IMG/VR virus record: IMGVR_UViG_3300030372_002152
Span: 1 to 50,379 of that record
Direction: 5' to 3' (one strand)
DNA from: a virus
Taxonomy: Duplodnaviria; Caudoviricetes
DNA length: 50,379 bases
In this document: positions 27,683-38,147 of the stretch, one piece after another
Numbering within the stretch: position 1 is the stretch's first letter
Layout: each line of letters starts with the position of its first letter
The notes under the pieces: generated by a model
What the model was told of the DNA's origin: nothing
Database searches by the model: none
What the model saw: only the letters and a program-made list of their open reading frames with translations
Translations under genes and position numbers: made by a program

Positions 27683-28692
27683 TGGCACAAACTGGCACTC
27701 AACAAACAGATGTAGTCTTACCCGAATATCAAGAGAAATATCTAAAAGACCTCCTTGCCACGGCACAATCCGTAGCAGGTGCGGGTCAAGAAATACCAAA
27801 GTATGAAGACTTTGTTGCTGCCTTAACACCCGAACAGCTAAAAGCTATTGAGATAGGCTCACAAGGTATAGGTGCCTATCAACCTATGCTTGAAGAAGGA
27901 GCAGAAACATTAGCTAGTGGTATAACGACCCTAGGTGAAGGAGCCGATCTCACACGATTAGGAGCCGAGCAAGTAACTGGAGCAACGGGAGCGTATGATC
28001 CTACTTCTTATAAGGAGTACATGGATCCGTATCAGGAAGAAGTTATAAGTAAGTTACAAGAAGATTTAGACAGACAACGTCAAATGCAAGCTAAAGGCAT
28101 TGCGGGGGCTGCTGCGGGAAGAGGAGCATTTGGTGGTTCGAGAGAGACAGTTGCACAGACAGAGTTGGGTAGAAACGTAAGTGAGGTAGGGGGTAAACTA
28201 GGAGCACAGCTACGCAGTGCAGGTTATAAATTTGCTCAAAATCAAGCTCAGAGTGCTTTTCAAGATCAAATGAAAAGAAAGCTTGGTGCGGGACAGTTAT
28301 TTGGACAATTAGGTCAAGGCATGGGTAAACTTGGTGCGGGTATTGGTGGATTAGGTATGCAACAAGCTGCTCTTGGTGAAGCTGCACAAGGTTTAATGGG
28401 TAAGGACATAAATATGCTGTTGGGTCTAGGTGGACTAAAGCAACAGCAAGACCAAGCGATGCTATCAGGTGAATTACAATCATTTTTAGCGGGTCAAAGT
28501 CAACCTTTCAAAGAAGTAGGATTCTTGTCTGATATATTTAGAGGGGTGCCGTCTTCTGGTACAACTCTTACTCAAACCTCGGCTCCCGATCCAAGTCTCA
28601 TATCGCAATTAGGTGGACTTGCCACGGGTATATATGGATTAAGCCAAGCCGGTGACGGTGATTTTTTTAGAGGATTCGGTTTTTATACATAA
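27682..28692 (+). CDS. Putative DNA ejection/pilot protein
   Basis: Gln/Gly/Ala-rich helical sequence; YMDPYQEEV and GAFGGSR motifs; hydrophobic Gly-rich C-terminus. Confidence 0.7.
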   Translation: MAQTGTQQTDVVLPEYQEKYLKDLLATAQSVAGAGQEIPKYEDFVAALTPEQLKAIEIGSQGIGAYQPMLEEGAETLASGITTLGEGADLTRLGAEQVTGATGAYDPTSYKEYMDPYQEEVISKLQEDLDRQRQMQAKGIAGAAAGRGAFGGSRETVAQTELGRNVSEVGGKLGAQLRSAGYKFAQNQAQSAFQDQMKRKLGAGQLFGQLGQGMGKLGAGIGGLGMQQAALGEAAQGLMGKDINMLLGLGGLKQQQDQAMLSGELQSFLAGQSQPFKEVGFLSDIFRGVPSSGTTLTQTSAPDPSLISQLGGLATGIYGLSQAGDGDFFRGFGFYT

Positions 28693-31142
28693 TGAGCGTA
28701 ACAAATAGAAAAATGTTTAGCCGTAATGCACGGAACAGGCTCCGTAACATGGGTGGTATCATGGCATCGTCTGAGCCGTTGATACAAGCTGTGGCGAAAT
28801 TTAATGTTGGTGGTGGTGTCAACTTTGGTGCTCTTGAGCAAAGATACACGGGCACTCCTGGTATAAAAAGACTTAGGAGTGAAGTAGATGGACCTGGGGT
28901 TAAAACGATACAGAGTCAACAAGCTCCTTTATTTAGCTTTGGTCAAACTAAACAAAATATTTTTGGACAAAATTATAATGTTTTTCAACCAGGACTTACT
29001 GAACCTAAAAATGTTTCCAGACTATCGGGACAAAATTTTCAAACACAAAAAGCTTTTGATCTAACAAGAGAAGAATTATTAGGACGACAAAAGTTAAATA
29101 ACCTTATAGGTAAAGCAGAATCTCTTGGTTTTCTTGAAAAACCCACTGTTTCAAAAACCGAAGTAGAAGAGTTTATACGAAATGAAACAGACACTCCTTT
29201 TTTTGAAGCTTCAGAAGCTCTCATAAACGCTTTGTCACAACCCGCAGAACCAGGGGAAGACACCTCAAAAAGAAATTTAGGTATTTTTGCAAGAGAGCTA
29301 GCTAAATATACCTTGCTTCCAGGAACAGTAACCGCAGACGTGTTGAAAAAAACAGGGGAGTTCATACTAAAAACAAATCCAAAACGTGTAGAGGGTATAC
29401 TATCGGGGCAAATATCCATGCCAGAAGGCGTTGATATTATAGCTCTTGGTGCAAGTTCTGGGTTAAGTGAGACTCGTCTAAAAGAACTAGGGGTTCCAAT
29501 TGACAAAATTAACGCTATGAAAAAGGTTAGAGCGGAAGGTCTTGGTAATCTTGAACGTAAGGTCACTCTTTTTGACGATCAAGCAAAGGCTGCAGAGGAT
29601 GAAGAAGAAAAACTCAGAAAAGACACCGCTGCTGCTAAGCTTACTATGCAAGAAGCCGAGAGAGAGGCTGAGCAGATAGCTATGAGAGAAGCAGAAAAGA
29701 AAAAAGCAGTAGAGGGTGGTATGCCTTTGTCTAATCAAGTAGGAGCAACGGACGTAAAAGCTCTTCAAAATCAAATAAGTGGTGGTCGGTCTTCCATAGA
29801 CAGACAAACGCTTGGTGTTAGTCCTGATGAAGGAACAGAGTATAAACATGCACTAGAAACAGAAAAATATAGAAACGGTCAAAATAGTAATATAGAAAAG
29901 ACTGTTCAAGACACTGTTAATTCTGGCATTGGCACGGGTGGAGCGTTAAAACAATTAATGAAAGAATTTACTAGCAATTCTCCAAAATATGAAGGAATGG
30001 ACAGAGGACTAGCCATAGCTAAGATCGGATTTGCAATGGCTGCGGGTCAGAGTCCTAATGCTATAACAAACATCGCAAAAGCTCTTTCAGATGGAGCAGA
30101 TATGTTCCTTCAAGACGATGCTGAAAGAAGAAGATTCAAAAGACAAGTTGATCTTTCTGCCCTTCAATATGGACTAGGAGAAATCAGCAAACAAAGAACT
30201 CAAGCGAGAGCCGATGCACGAAACTTTATGAAGTATGTTGCTACCAAAGATATGGAGTATAAAGGAGTAAAGTACGAAGAGGGAGAGGATGTCCTAGTCT
30301 CTATGAGCGATTTATTGGCTAATGGAGGAAGATTACCATCAGGACTAAGGGATCAAGCTCTTCACCTAAAGTTTACACAAGCAGTAATTGAAAAAGAAAA
30401 GGCTAATGCTAAAGCCTTAGAGAACCTGAGAAAAGAGCTTCTTATTTCAGATGAACAAGCAACCAAGATGTCTAAAGACTATCAAGATGCTGCATCTAAA
30501 TTTAAAAGTGCAGATACAGGTATTGCGTATTTTGAGCAAGCTCTTGACATACTTGCAAAAGAAGGTGCAGAAGGTTGGCACCAGAGTGCAGTCGGTGCAG
30601 CGGGATTATTAAAAAATGTTAGATATAAGGCAGGAAACTTCTTAGGAATAGAATTAGGTAAACAATATGATCTTGATGACGTAGAAGAATTAAAAAGGTT
30701 ATTTGCTCAAGGCTTGCAACCTTTGATAAAGGTTACACTTGGAGAAACTCAATCAGCTAATTCAATATCTAATAGAGACGTGGAGTTTTTAATAAAAGCC
30801 TTTTTTGGAGATAGAGCCTTAGAAGAGGGTGTGTTTAACTTTGTGGTATCAGACAATAACGAGATGGCAAAGAGAGTACAGGCTGCTATGAGATCGATGC
30901 GACAAGCTCAAATAGGAAACTTAAACACAATGAATACCTTAGAGCGAAGATTATCCACAAGAATTTTACCAGGGGAAGAGGTAGGAAGCGGGGTAGCATT
31001 GATTAAAGAAGCAAAAACAGGAGTTTCTTCTTATTTACCTGGAGCAACCAATCAAGTTAATCCAGGAGGTTTTGGTGAAATTTTTGATACGGGAGAGACT
31101 CAAGGTGGTATTCCTGTTTTTAGGTATAAAGGTCAGACCTAA
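28692..31142 (+). CDS. Large internal virion/ejection protein
   Basis: 816 aa helical protein; RKMF N-terminus; lies in the ejection cluster. Confidence 0.65.
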   Translation: MSVTNRKMFSRNARNRLRNMGGIMASSEPLIQAVAKFNVGGGVNFGALEQRYTGTPGIKRLRSEVDGPGVKTIQSQQAPLFSFGQTKQNIFGQNYNVFQPGLTEPKNVSRLSGQNFQTQKAFDLTREELLGRQKLNNLIGKAESLGFLEKPTVSKTEVEEFIRNETDTPFFEASEALINALSQPAEPGEDTSKRNLGIFARELAKYTLLPGTVTADVLKKTGEFILKTNPKRVEGILSGQISMPEGVDIIALGASSGLSETRLKELGVPIDKINAMKKVRAEGLGNLERKVTLFDDQAKAAEDEEEKLRKDTAAAKLTMQEAEREAEQIAMREAEKKKAVEGGMPLSNQVGATDVKALQNQISGGRSSIDRQTLGVSPDEGTEYKHALETEKYRNGQNSNIEKTVQDTVNSGIGTGGALKQLMKEFTSNSPKYEGMDRGLAIAKIGFAMAAGQSPNAITNIAKALSDGADMFLQDDAERRRFKRQVDLSALQYGLGEISKQRTQARADARNFMKYVATKDMEYKGVKYEEGEDVLVSMSDLLANGGRLPSGLRDQALHLKFTQAVIEKEKANAKALENLRKELLISDEQATKMSKDYQDAASKFKSADTGIAYFEQALDILAKEGAEGWHQSAVGAAGLLKNVRYKAGNFLGIELGKQYDLDDVEELKRLFAQGLQPLIKVTLGETQSANSISNRDVEFLIKAFFGDRALEEGVFNFVVSDNNEMAKRVQAAMRSMRQAQIGNLNTMNTLERRLSTRILPGEEVGSGVALIKEAKTGVSSYLPGATNQVNPGGFGEIFDTGETQGGIPVFRYKGQT

Positions 31143-34100
31143 TGGGAAGAATCCTATTAAAAGACACCAATAAAGGCGATATTTATCTTGACATAGAAGG
31201 AGATTCTCCTACAGATGCTGAAAAGGCAGCTATCTCTAAAGAGTTTTTTTCAACAGCACCCACTAAGAGTCAAATTGATTATGCTACGGCATCTTTAGAC
31301 GAGATAAGAGGATACAATAAGAAAAGAGCGGAACTAGAAGGTAGGCAAGAAGGTAGCGAGGAAGTTGATTCTTTAAAAGATCCAGACGTTGATTACACTT
31401 CTGGTTTACAAAATTTAACAATAAGAACTGGTTTAGCTAACAAAGAGTTAGCCTCTGAAAAAGCAGAGTACTTAAAAGATGTTGTGGGGTCTAAGGGTTT
31501 TCGTCAAGACAAAGGAGGACGATTTATCTTAACTAAGGAAGGACGAAACACCCTTGGTTTAGCAGAAGGTCCAGAAATAGCTATTGATGAAGAGGGTTTT
31601 AGTAGATATGACATTGCTGATTTTGTGGGAGAAGCCGGTGTCCCCATAGGGTTTGGTATTGTCGGTGGAATCTTAACGGGTGGTATGGCTGCGTTACCTG
31701 CGATGGCTTTAGTTGGTGGTTCAATGGCTCTAGGAAAAATTGTAGATGAAACTCTTGAATGGGCACAAGGATATCAAAAACAGACTAAAGGAGATCTCGC
31801 AAGAGATGTAGCGTTTGAAGGAGCAATGGGATTTTTAGGAGAGGGAATTGGTAGAGGTATATCTGCGGTTGTAGGTAGATTTTTAAAAGGGTCCTCCACT
31901 GAAGCAATAGAACAATCTAAAGAACTTGGGAGAGAAATGTTAAAAAGAGGGTACAGACCCTCAGTAGAGGGAGCAGCACCAGGAGCTTTTAGTATTCTTA
32001 GTCGAGTTCAAGCGGTATATGAAGGTGTCATTCCTAACAAGACAGCCGCTTTAAAAAACGTGGAGGCAATAAAAAAAGATCTTCAAAGTTTAGGAATGAA
32101 TAAAACAGCAGACTTAGAGGCATTGTCAAAAATTTTAAAAGATGACATAGAGAAATTATATAGAGGTCCAGAAGAAACATTTAGACAAGCTCAACAAGTT
32201 CTTGACGGAGAAATTGATTTAGCAATAAAGAAAATAATTGATCCTTTACGAAGCGGGAGAGAATTGAATCAGTCTGTCGTTCAAGGATTAAAAGATGCAA
32301 AGAGGTCTTTCAAAGAAAATTCTGATGCTTTATTTAAGGCTGCTAATGATGCTTTAGGGGAAGATTCAAGAATTATTCCAGTTGGAGAGCTTGCTGACGA
32401 TATTTACCGCTTGTCAAAAAACAATCAAGCTAAGAATCTTTTAACAGATAATGTTATAAGTATTTTTTCTAAAGCAAGAACAGCAGCAATAGCTAAAGCA
32501 AAGAACTCTGGAAAATATCCAGACTTGGATAAATTAGCTAAAAGTAAAGATGCTACGGATAGAAAATTATACAACGAAATTATTTCAAGAGAGACATATA
32601 TCTCTCCTTCGGAGGCACAAGTATTACGAGAAGTTTTAAGTGATATTCAGTACAACCCCGCGTTTGTAACTACGTTAAAAGGTCTTAGAATTAACAACTT
32701 CAATAATAAATTAGAGATGTCTTTTAAGGACGGTGCTGTTAAATTAAAAAATAGGATTGCAGAGATAAATACTAATAAAATTCAAGGACCTGCAAACGTC
32801 GAACAGTTGGATAGAGGTCTGACTCTTTTGAATAGAGCAAGAAAATATTATGCAATAGGACTAGAAAAGTTTAAAGATGCTGAACTTGCTGCAATTATAA
32901 AAAACGCAAGGGATGGTTCTAAAGAATTAGATATTAATAAAATCGTTGGACCTTTAGTACGACCAAATGAGCCACAGCGTTTAAGTAGTTTTCTTAGAGC
33001 AGTAAAAGGAGTTAAACCTTTAAAAGAGAAAACTAAAATAGGTGACTTTGATGTAAAACTAGCAAAAGAAGAGCCAACAATCCGTTTTGATGGAGAGGAT
33101 ATTTCCATAGCGAAAGCTAAAGAAGAATTAGCTAGACTGCAACAAGCGGGATTAACTCGTGCTCAAACAAGAGAGTTACAAGCGGATATATCAAAAGCTG
33201 AAAGGGATTTAGCTCTTGGTAAAACATTTGAAAAAGAAAGAGCTGCACGAGATACAAAGTTTGGTCAGTTTACTCAGAGATCTGAAACTATAAGAAGACA
33301 ACTAGCCTCTCAATGGACTAGAGATCTTTTGGACGATCCCCTTCGGAGTATGAGTTTTAAAAAAGGTGTTCAAGTATATGATGGCATAAAAATAGCTAGG
33401 CAAATTGATGCTTTAGGAAAGACAAAGGACGTATTATTCAGAGGAGAACTAAAAGAGTTAAATGAATTACTTACTTTACTAAAATCTACGGGTACAGAGT
33501 TTGACAGAGGGATAGTTGAAGGATTTGCAAACCAACCTTTGGCACAAGCCATACAAGGATTGTCTCAAGCTACTAGGAACTTAAAAGCTGTAAAAGATGA
33601 CGCTTTTTTAAAAAATATAACTAGGGCAACACCAGACGACATCATGGATAGAATATTTCTTCCAAAGAAACCTTTGTTAGTGTCTCAGTTCATGAACAAT
33701 AATCTTAGGTTAGGTGACGATGTCGTAAAGTTTTCAGATGAAGCACATGATGCTTTAAAAAGAGAGGTTCAGAATGAAGCAATGGGTAGAATATTACGAT
33801 CACTAGGAGATGTAAATTCTGCAAAGTTTTCTGAAGATTTTCTCTCTGGGAAAATGGGTAAAGATCTTTTTAAAACTTTAGATAATTACGGAGAAGAAAC
33901 TCTAACAGCCATGTTTGGCAAAAAGCAAACGTCAGAGCTATTTAAATTATCTGAAATAATGAAGAGAGCCTCTCAAGAACCTTTAGCGGGTAAAGGTGGA
34001 TTAGCAGCACCAACCATTGCATTAGGATTGACTGTCTTTGGTGTCTTACAAGCTCCTTTAGTGGCTTTACCAACTTTACTATATTACACCGCAATGTCTT

Positions 34101-34450
34101 CTCTTCTTAGAAAACCATCTGTACTGAAGATGTTAACCTCTAGTAGAAGACCAGGAGCAGGTCTAATTAGCACAGTCACCAGAGATATTCAAACAGAAGT
34201 TCAGAAGGCAAATGTTCAATTAGTTACTTCTCCAGAGGGTCCTTATGCCCCCACTCCAGAACAAAATGTACAGATTAGAAAAGCTGTGCCTCCCATAACT
34301 TCAAGTATTCCTAACGTAGCTCCCGCTACTGTAGGAACAGCAGGGAACATAGATCCTACTAATCCCATAATTACTCCTAACCCTATGGATCAAGCCTTGG
34401 CTCAGAGGTTAGCGGGTACGTCAGCGATTAGTCCACGTCTCCCCAATTAG
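31142..34450 (+). CDS. Large internal virion/ejection protein with hydrophobic segments
   Basis: 1102 aa, last late gene; TM-like GVPIGFGIVGGILTGGMAALPAMALVGG and IALGLTVFGVLQAPLVAL. Confidence 0.65.
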   Translation: MGRILLKDTNKGDIYLDIEGDSPTDAEKAAISKEFFSTAPTKSQIDYATASLDEIRGYNKKRAELEGRQEGSEEVDSLKDPDVDYTSGLQNLTIRTGLANKELASEKAEYLKDVVGSKGFRQDKGGRFILTKEGRNTLGLAEGPEIAIDEEGFSRYDIADFVGEAGVPIGFGIVGGILTGGMAALPAMALVGGSMALGKIVDETLEWAQGYQKQTKGDLARDVAFEGAMGFLGEGIGRGISAVVGRFLKGSSTEAIEQSKELGREMLKRGYRPSVEGAAPGAFSILSRVQAVYEGVIPNKTAALKNVEAIKKDLQSLGMNKTADLEALSKILKDDIEKLYRGPEETFRQAQQVLDGEIDLAIKKIIDPLRSGRELNQSVVQGLKDAKRSFKENSDALFKAANDALGEDSRIIPVGELADDIYRLSKNNQAKNLLTDNVISIFSKARTAAIAKAKNSGKYPDLDKLAKSKDATDRKLYNEIISRETYISPSEAQVLREVLSDIQYNPAFVTTLKGLRINNFNNKLEMSFKDGAVKLKNRIAEINTNKIQGPANVEQLDRGLTLLNRARKYYAIGLEKFKDAELAAIIKNARDGSKELDINKIVGPLVRPNEPQRLSSFLRAVKGVKPLKEKTKIGDFDVKLAKEEPTIRFDGEDISIAKAKEELARLQQAGLTRAQTRELQADISKAERDLALGKTFEKERAARDTKFGQFTQRSETIRRQLASQWTRDLLDDPLRSMSFKKGVQVYDGIKIARQIDALGKTKDVLFRGELKELNELLTLLKSTGTEFDRGIVEGFANQPLAQAIQGLSQATRNLKAVKDDAFLKNITRATPDDIMDRIFLPKKPLLVSQFMNNNLRLGDDVVKFSDEAHDALKREVQNEAMGRILRSLGDVNSAKFSEDFLSGKMGKDLFKTLDNYGEETLTAMFGKKQTSELFKLSEIMKRASQEPLAGKGGLAAPTIALGLTVFGVLQAPLVALPTLLYYTAMSSLLRKPSVLKMLTSSRRPGAGLISTVTRDIQTEVQKANVQLVTSPEGPYAPTPEQNVQIRKAVPPITSSIPNVAPATVGTAGNIDPTNPIITPNPMDQALAQRLAGTSAISPRLPN

Positions 34451-36347
34451 CTTGAATATCTTGGTCAACTTTACTAGGAACCGCTAACTCCAATCCCGTT
34501 TCCATGATTTTTTTGATTTTTTGTGCCTGCACGTCGCTCTCGACAGAAAAACAAAGTTCGTCATGCACTGTAATCAATGGCAGAAGACCTTCTTCATAGC
34601 AATCTACCATCGCTTTCTTTGTTTGATCGGCTGCCGAACCTTGGATTAATCGGTTCAATGCCTTGTAGGTAAACGCTCGACGGATCATAGGCCCGTACTC
34701 TCGTTCTGCATCCTCGTGTTTCATAGGCTTCTTATAGCCAAAAGTCTTAGGCTCCCACATATCAAATCGGCACAAACGTCCCGATATCGTCCGAATCTTC
34801 CCGTTCTTTGCAGCTCTCTGCATTACACGCTCGGCTAGTGTCTTAACAAAAGGCACACGCTGATGGTATTTAGACATCAACGCTTTTGCTTCATCCGTAG
34901 ACAGCACGAGTTGAGCAGCCAACTTACCCACGCCCATGCCATACATAATGCCTAAGTTCACGGTCTTAGCTTCTTTTCGTGAGATGCCTGCCATGTCTGC
35001 CACCATTTGATGAAAGTCAGCGTCCCCTTTGTGATACTCGTCAATCACCTCATCAATCATAGGATGCCTATCCCCTCGACGTAGCACCGAACAATAATGC
35101 ACCAGTAACCTTGGCTCTTGTGAGGAGTAGTCAAAGCTACCCCACTTCTGCCCCTCTTCGGGGATAAATAATCCACGGATGAGCTTTTTGATTTCGGGAT
35201 CACGGGCAGGTATCTGCTGTAGATTGGGATTCGACGACGAAAACCTACCCGTGACAGTCCCCCCATCATCAGATCGCAGTGGGTGAAACTCACAATGTAT
35301 ACGACCTTTATGCTCATATCGAAGAATACTATCAATAAATGTGCTGTCGGCTTTGTCTGCCTCGCGTAGTTTAACAATAGCCTGGGCAACCTCATGAGGA
35401 TGTGCCTGCAAGAATTGTTTAGTAAACGAGGGTGCCCCTTTTTCTGTAGTGGGATACGTTAGGTTTAGAGCTTGAAAAACGTGCTCTACAGAGGCGTTTG
35501 CCCACGGCTCTATGTTTACTGATGTTTTGTCTTTGATAAACTTCTTTAACTCGGAAACGCGAGCTTTGAGGGTCTTCTTGGCTTGTTCTGCCTTGTCTAA
35601 ATCTACTCGTACCCCACGCTCTCTCATATCAAGCATAATCGGTATGAGTCGAGACTCTAAGTCAAACACATCTTTAAGTTCTTGTCGGCTGATTTCTATA
35701 GATAATCGCTCCCATAGTTTGAGGGTCATAAGTGCATCTTGCTCAGCATAAGGTCCTACAAACTTCGGAGGTAATCGCCACATATCGCTCTTAGGGTCTA
35801 TTCCAAAATCTTTTGCCGCAGCCTTCAACATCTTCTCGTCTTTTCGCATATCTATATAGTCTCGACCTAGATTGTTTAGGCTGTAGCTAAACCTGTTCTC
35901 GTCCACCAAAGGAGCAGCAATCATTGTATCAATGATCTTGCCTTTTACCTCAATACCCTCGGCTCTCATCCATCCCGCATCATACGTTGCGTTGTGCATA
36001 ATCTTGTCAATATGTGGGGTATTCATCTGTTCTTTAAGCCAATTTAGCGTCATATCAGCGTCTAAGTTGTGACCATTCGCGTGTCTTATGGGGAAATAGC
36101 CTTGATAATCGCCCGTAGCAACAGCGATTCCTATGATTTCACCCTCTTTTCTCGCCCATCCTGGGCCTAGTTCTTTTATGTTGGGATCTCTCGTCTCCAA
36201 GTCCACGGCTATCTGACTACAATGTCGGAGGTCGGGAAATTCTGAAGGTATATTCCAATCAACATCAAGAACATCCATGCTCGTCCTTAAATCGTAGCCA
36301 TACTCTTCAAAACTTATGGTGTTGTTGTCTTTTCTATCTTTCGCCAT
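34428..36347 (-). CDS. polA: DNA polymerase family A with 3'-5' exonuclease
   Basis: Exo AVDLET, HNATYD and YAEQDA; TGRFSS..PNLQQIP; motif A DYSSQEPR, motif B KTVNLGIMYG, motif C VHDEL. Start at MAKDRK with GAGGAAG upstream. Confidence 0.96.
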   Translation of the reverse strand: MAKDRKDNNTISFEEYGYDLRTSMDVLDVDWNIPSEFPDLRHCSQIAVDLETRDPNIKELGPGWARKEGEIIGIAVATGDYQGYFPIRHANGHNLDADMTLNWLKEQMNTPHIDKIMHNATYDAGWMRAEGIEVKGKIIDTMIAAPLVDENRFSYSLNNLGRDYIDMRKDEKMLKAAAKDFGIDPKSDMWRLPPKFVGPYAEQDALMTLKLWERLSIEISRQELKDVFDLESRLIPIMLDMRERGVRVDLDKAEQAKKTLKARVSELKKFIKDKTSVNIEPWANASVEHVFQALNLTYPTTEKGAPSFTKQFLQAHPHEVAQAIVKLREADKADSTFIDSILRYEHKGRIHCEFHPLRSDDGGTVTGRFSSSNPNLQQIPARDPEIKKLIRGLFIPEEGQKWGSFDYSSQEPRLLVHYCSVLRRGDRHPMIDEVIDEYHKGDADFHQMVADMAGISRKEAKTVNLGIMYGMGVGKLAAQLVLSTDEAKALMSKYHQRVPFVKTLAERVMQRAAKNGKIRTISGRLCRFDMWEPKTFGYKKPMKHEDAEREYGPMIRRAFTYKALNRLIQGSAADQTKKAMVDCYEEGLLPLITVHDELCFSVESDVQAQKIKKIMETGLELAVPSKVDQDIQANWGDVD

Positions 36348-36621
36348 CTTCCTCGCCCCACTCGTCGTCCTCCCCCGCAAGGGCTGCGTAACCAACGATA
36401 TCGACCCACGAATCTAAATGTTTGGGTGAGTTGATTAACCTCGACATCTTTACGGCAATCATGCACTGATATACTTGTTCAACAGTAATCTTCTGCTCCA
36501 ATATGACCGACCAAAATTGTGCGATCCGCTCGTGATTTAATTTGGCATCCCCATATACTTTAGCTCTTTTGCTAGATATTAAGTTGCCTGCCTGCTCTAA
36601 TACGTCTTTTCTTTTAACCAT
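36334..36621 (-). CDS. DUF6378-like protein
   Basis: VLEQAGNLISSKRAKVYG...NHERIAQFWS...KMSR...DSWVDIVGYAAL. Confidence 0.75.
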   Translation of the reverse strand: MVKRKDVLEQAGNLISSKRAKVYGDAKLNHERIAQFWSVILEQKITVEQVYQCMIAVKMSRLINSPKHLDSWVDIVGYAALAGEDDEWGEEDGER

Positions 36622-38147
36622 TATATATCATACCTATATTTCTTTTGCGACTCTATTATGTGAAGATTGTCCTTCACTCTTGTTAACCCAACGTAGAACA
36701 CACGATGCTCGTCGTCTTGGTCGGGATTTGTTACGCACGACTTTGTCGAGTCCAAGTGAACTACCACATTATCGTCCTCGCCACCCTTCATTGCATGAAA
36801 CGTGGAAACCTTCAACCTCGGTCTTTCGGTTAGCACTTCGTTCCGTCGTAGTAACGCACGAATATAATATCGCTCGTCCTTACCCAACCGAAGCATATCT
36901 AGTGCATCTGTTTCCTTTCGTGCCAACAATCCCAAATTCTGCACCAAAGATTCGTAAGTATAAGTCCCGTCAAGAGGCTCTGCATCTAATAACGGCATAA
37001 TTCCTCGCTTAACCACGGCTCCATCCCCCGTCTTTGGTGCAAGCTCATATAATCTTTTGACCTCGTGGAGTCCTATCTCACGTCCTTTTTGAAGTCCTTC
37101 CCATATCTTTATGGCTTCTGCTACCTCTAGCTTTACACTTGGATAGCCTTTGATCTCATAGAACAGACCTTGCTCTCGTAAGTCTGCTGCCACGTCACGA
37201 GCAAAAGAATTAGTTCGAGACATCAATGTCCACGAACCTTGTCTCATGTCTATATCAAAAGTATCAAGGTGGTGCGATACACTGCCTTGTCTGTCCATAG
37301 AGTTAAAATGTTTTTGTTTTCTGTGCCGTATGCGACGCACGACATTCATCGCCATGTCATACGCTGACCTTGGTAATCTATAACTTTGATCGAGCACACG
37401 GACTTTCTCAGAGCATCGCATAAACAAGTCAACATTTACTCCCGCCCATCTGTGGATCGCCTGGTCATCGTCTCCCGCGAAATATATCTTCTCTGCGTTG
37501 CCCGCAAGTTTAAGCACCATCTTCCATTGTAACGGCACGAGGTCTTGTGCTTCATCCACTATGAGTAACTCTAGTTTGGGAGTCGGGCACTGCTCGACAT
37601 AGTGAGAAATCATATCCGTAAACGATAACTTACCCGTATCCGACTTATAAACCTTTAGTGCCTTGTCAATCTTCTCAAGCATAAAGTAATGAAGATCATA
37701 GCTTCTTTGATCGTTAAACTCTCTTCGCAACGAAACACAACGGAGTGCTGCTCGATCAATCATGCGTAAGTATCTATCGTTATCTCTGCCTTGGGGCAGT
37801 ATCAACCCATCGTCAGCATCAGAAGATACAATCCCGTCAAAGTTCATACCCATCATACGAGAGAACTCCTTCCAATCCTCACGGGACATCATATCGGATT
37901 GAGACATACCAAGACCGTGGTATCCAAGCGAGTGTAATGTACGAAAGTAAGGTAGGTCGTCGGGGGTAAGATTAAATGCCGATCCCGCCCTCTCTACGGC
38001 TTCATTAACGGCTTTCTTGGTAAAAGACACATAACCAATCCTATCAAGATCAACACCCCTTGTTAGGGCATCTCTGACGATCTCAATGAGGGTATGTGTT
38101 TTGCCACAACCTGGGGGGCCTAGTATCAGTTCAGAACGGGATATCAT
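36621..38147 (-). CDS. UvrD/Rep-like superfamily 1 helicase
   Basis: GPPGCGKT, IVDEAQD, AGDDDQAI, QSYR, STFHAMKGGE and YVGLTR. Confidence 0.93.
   Translation of the reverse strand: MISRSELILGPPGCGKTHTLIEIVRDALTRGVDLDRIGYVSFTKKAVNEAVERAGSAFNLTPDDLPYFRTLHSLGYHGLGMSQSDMMSREDWKEFSRMMGMNFDGIVSSDADDGLILPQGRDNDRYLRMIDRAALRCVSLRREFNDQRSYDLHYFMLEKIDKALKVYKSDTGKLSFTDMISHYVEQCPTPKLELLIVDEAQDLVPLQWKMVLKLAGNAEKIYFAGDDDQAIHRWAGVNVDLFMRCSEKVRVLDQSYRLPRSAYDMAMNVVRRIRHRKQKHFNSMDRQGSVSHHLDTFDIDMRQGSWTLMSRTNSFARDVAADLREQGLFYEIKGYPSVKLEVAEAIKIWEGLQKGREIGLHEVKRLYELAPKTGDGAVVKRGIMPLLDAEPLDGTYTYESLVQNLGLLARKETDALDMLRLGKDERYYIRALLRRNEVLTERPRLKVSTFHAMKGGEDDNVVVHLDSTKSCVTNPDQDDEHRVFYVGLTRVKDNLHIIESQKKYRYDI

Noticed and set aside
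272-33552. Numerous minus-strand ORFs within the late region, and plus-strand ORFs within the replication and early genes
   Set aside because: They are antisense shadows of well-supported genes, with no recognisable motifs or RBS.
34428-34450. 23-bp convergent overlap of the last late gene and polA as a regulatory element
   Set aside because: Short 3' overlaps are common in compact phage genomes, and no terminator or other structure was seen.
2316-36347. Introns, inteins or stop-codon reassignment in TerL, MCP or PolA
   Set aside because: All are of ordinary length and uninterrupted under the standard code.
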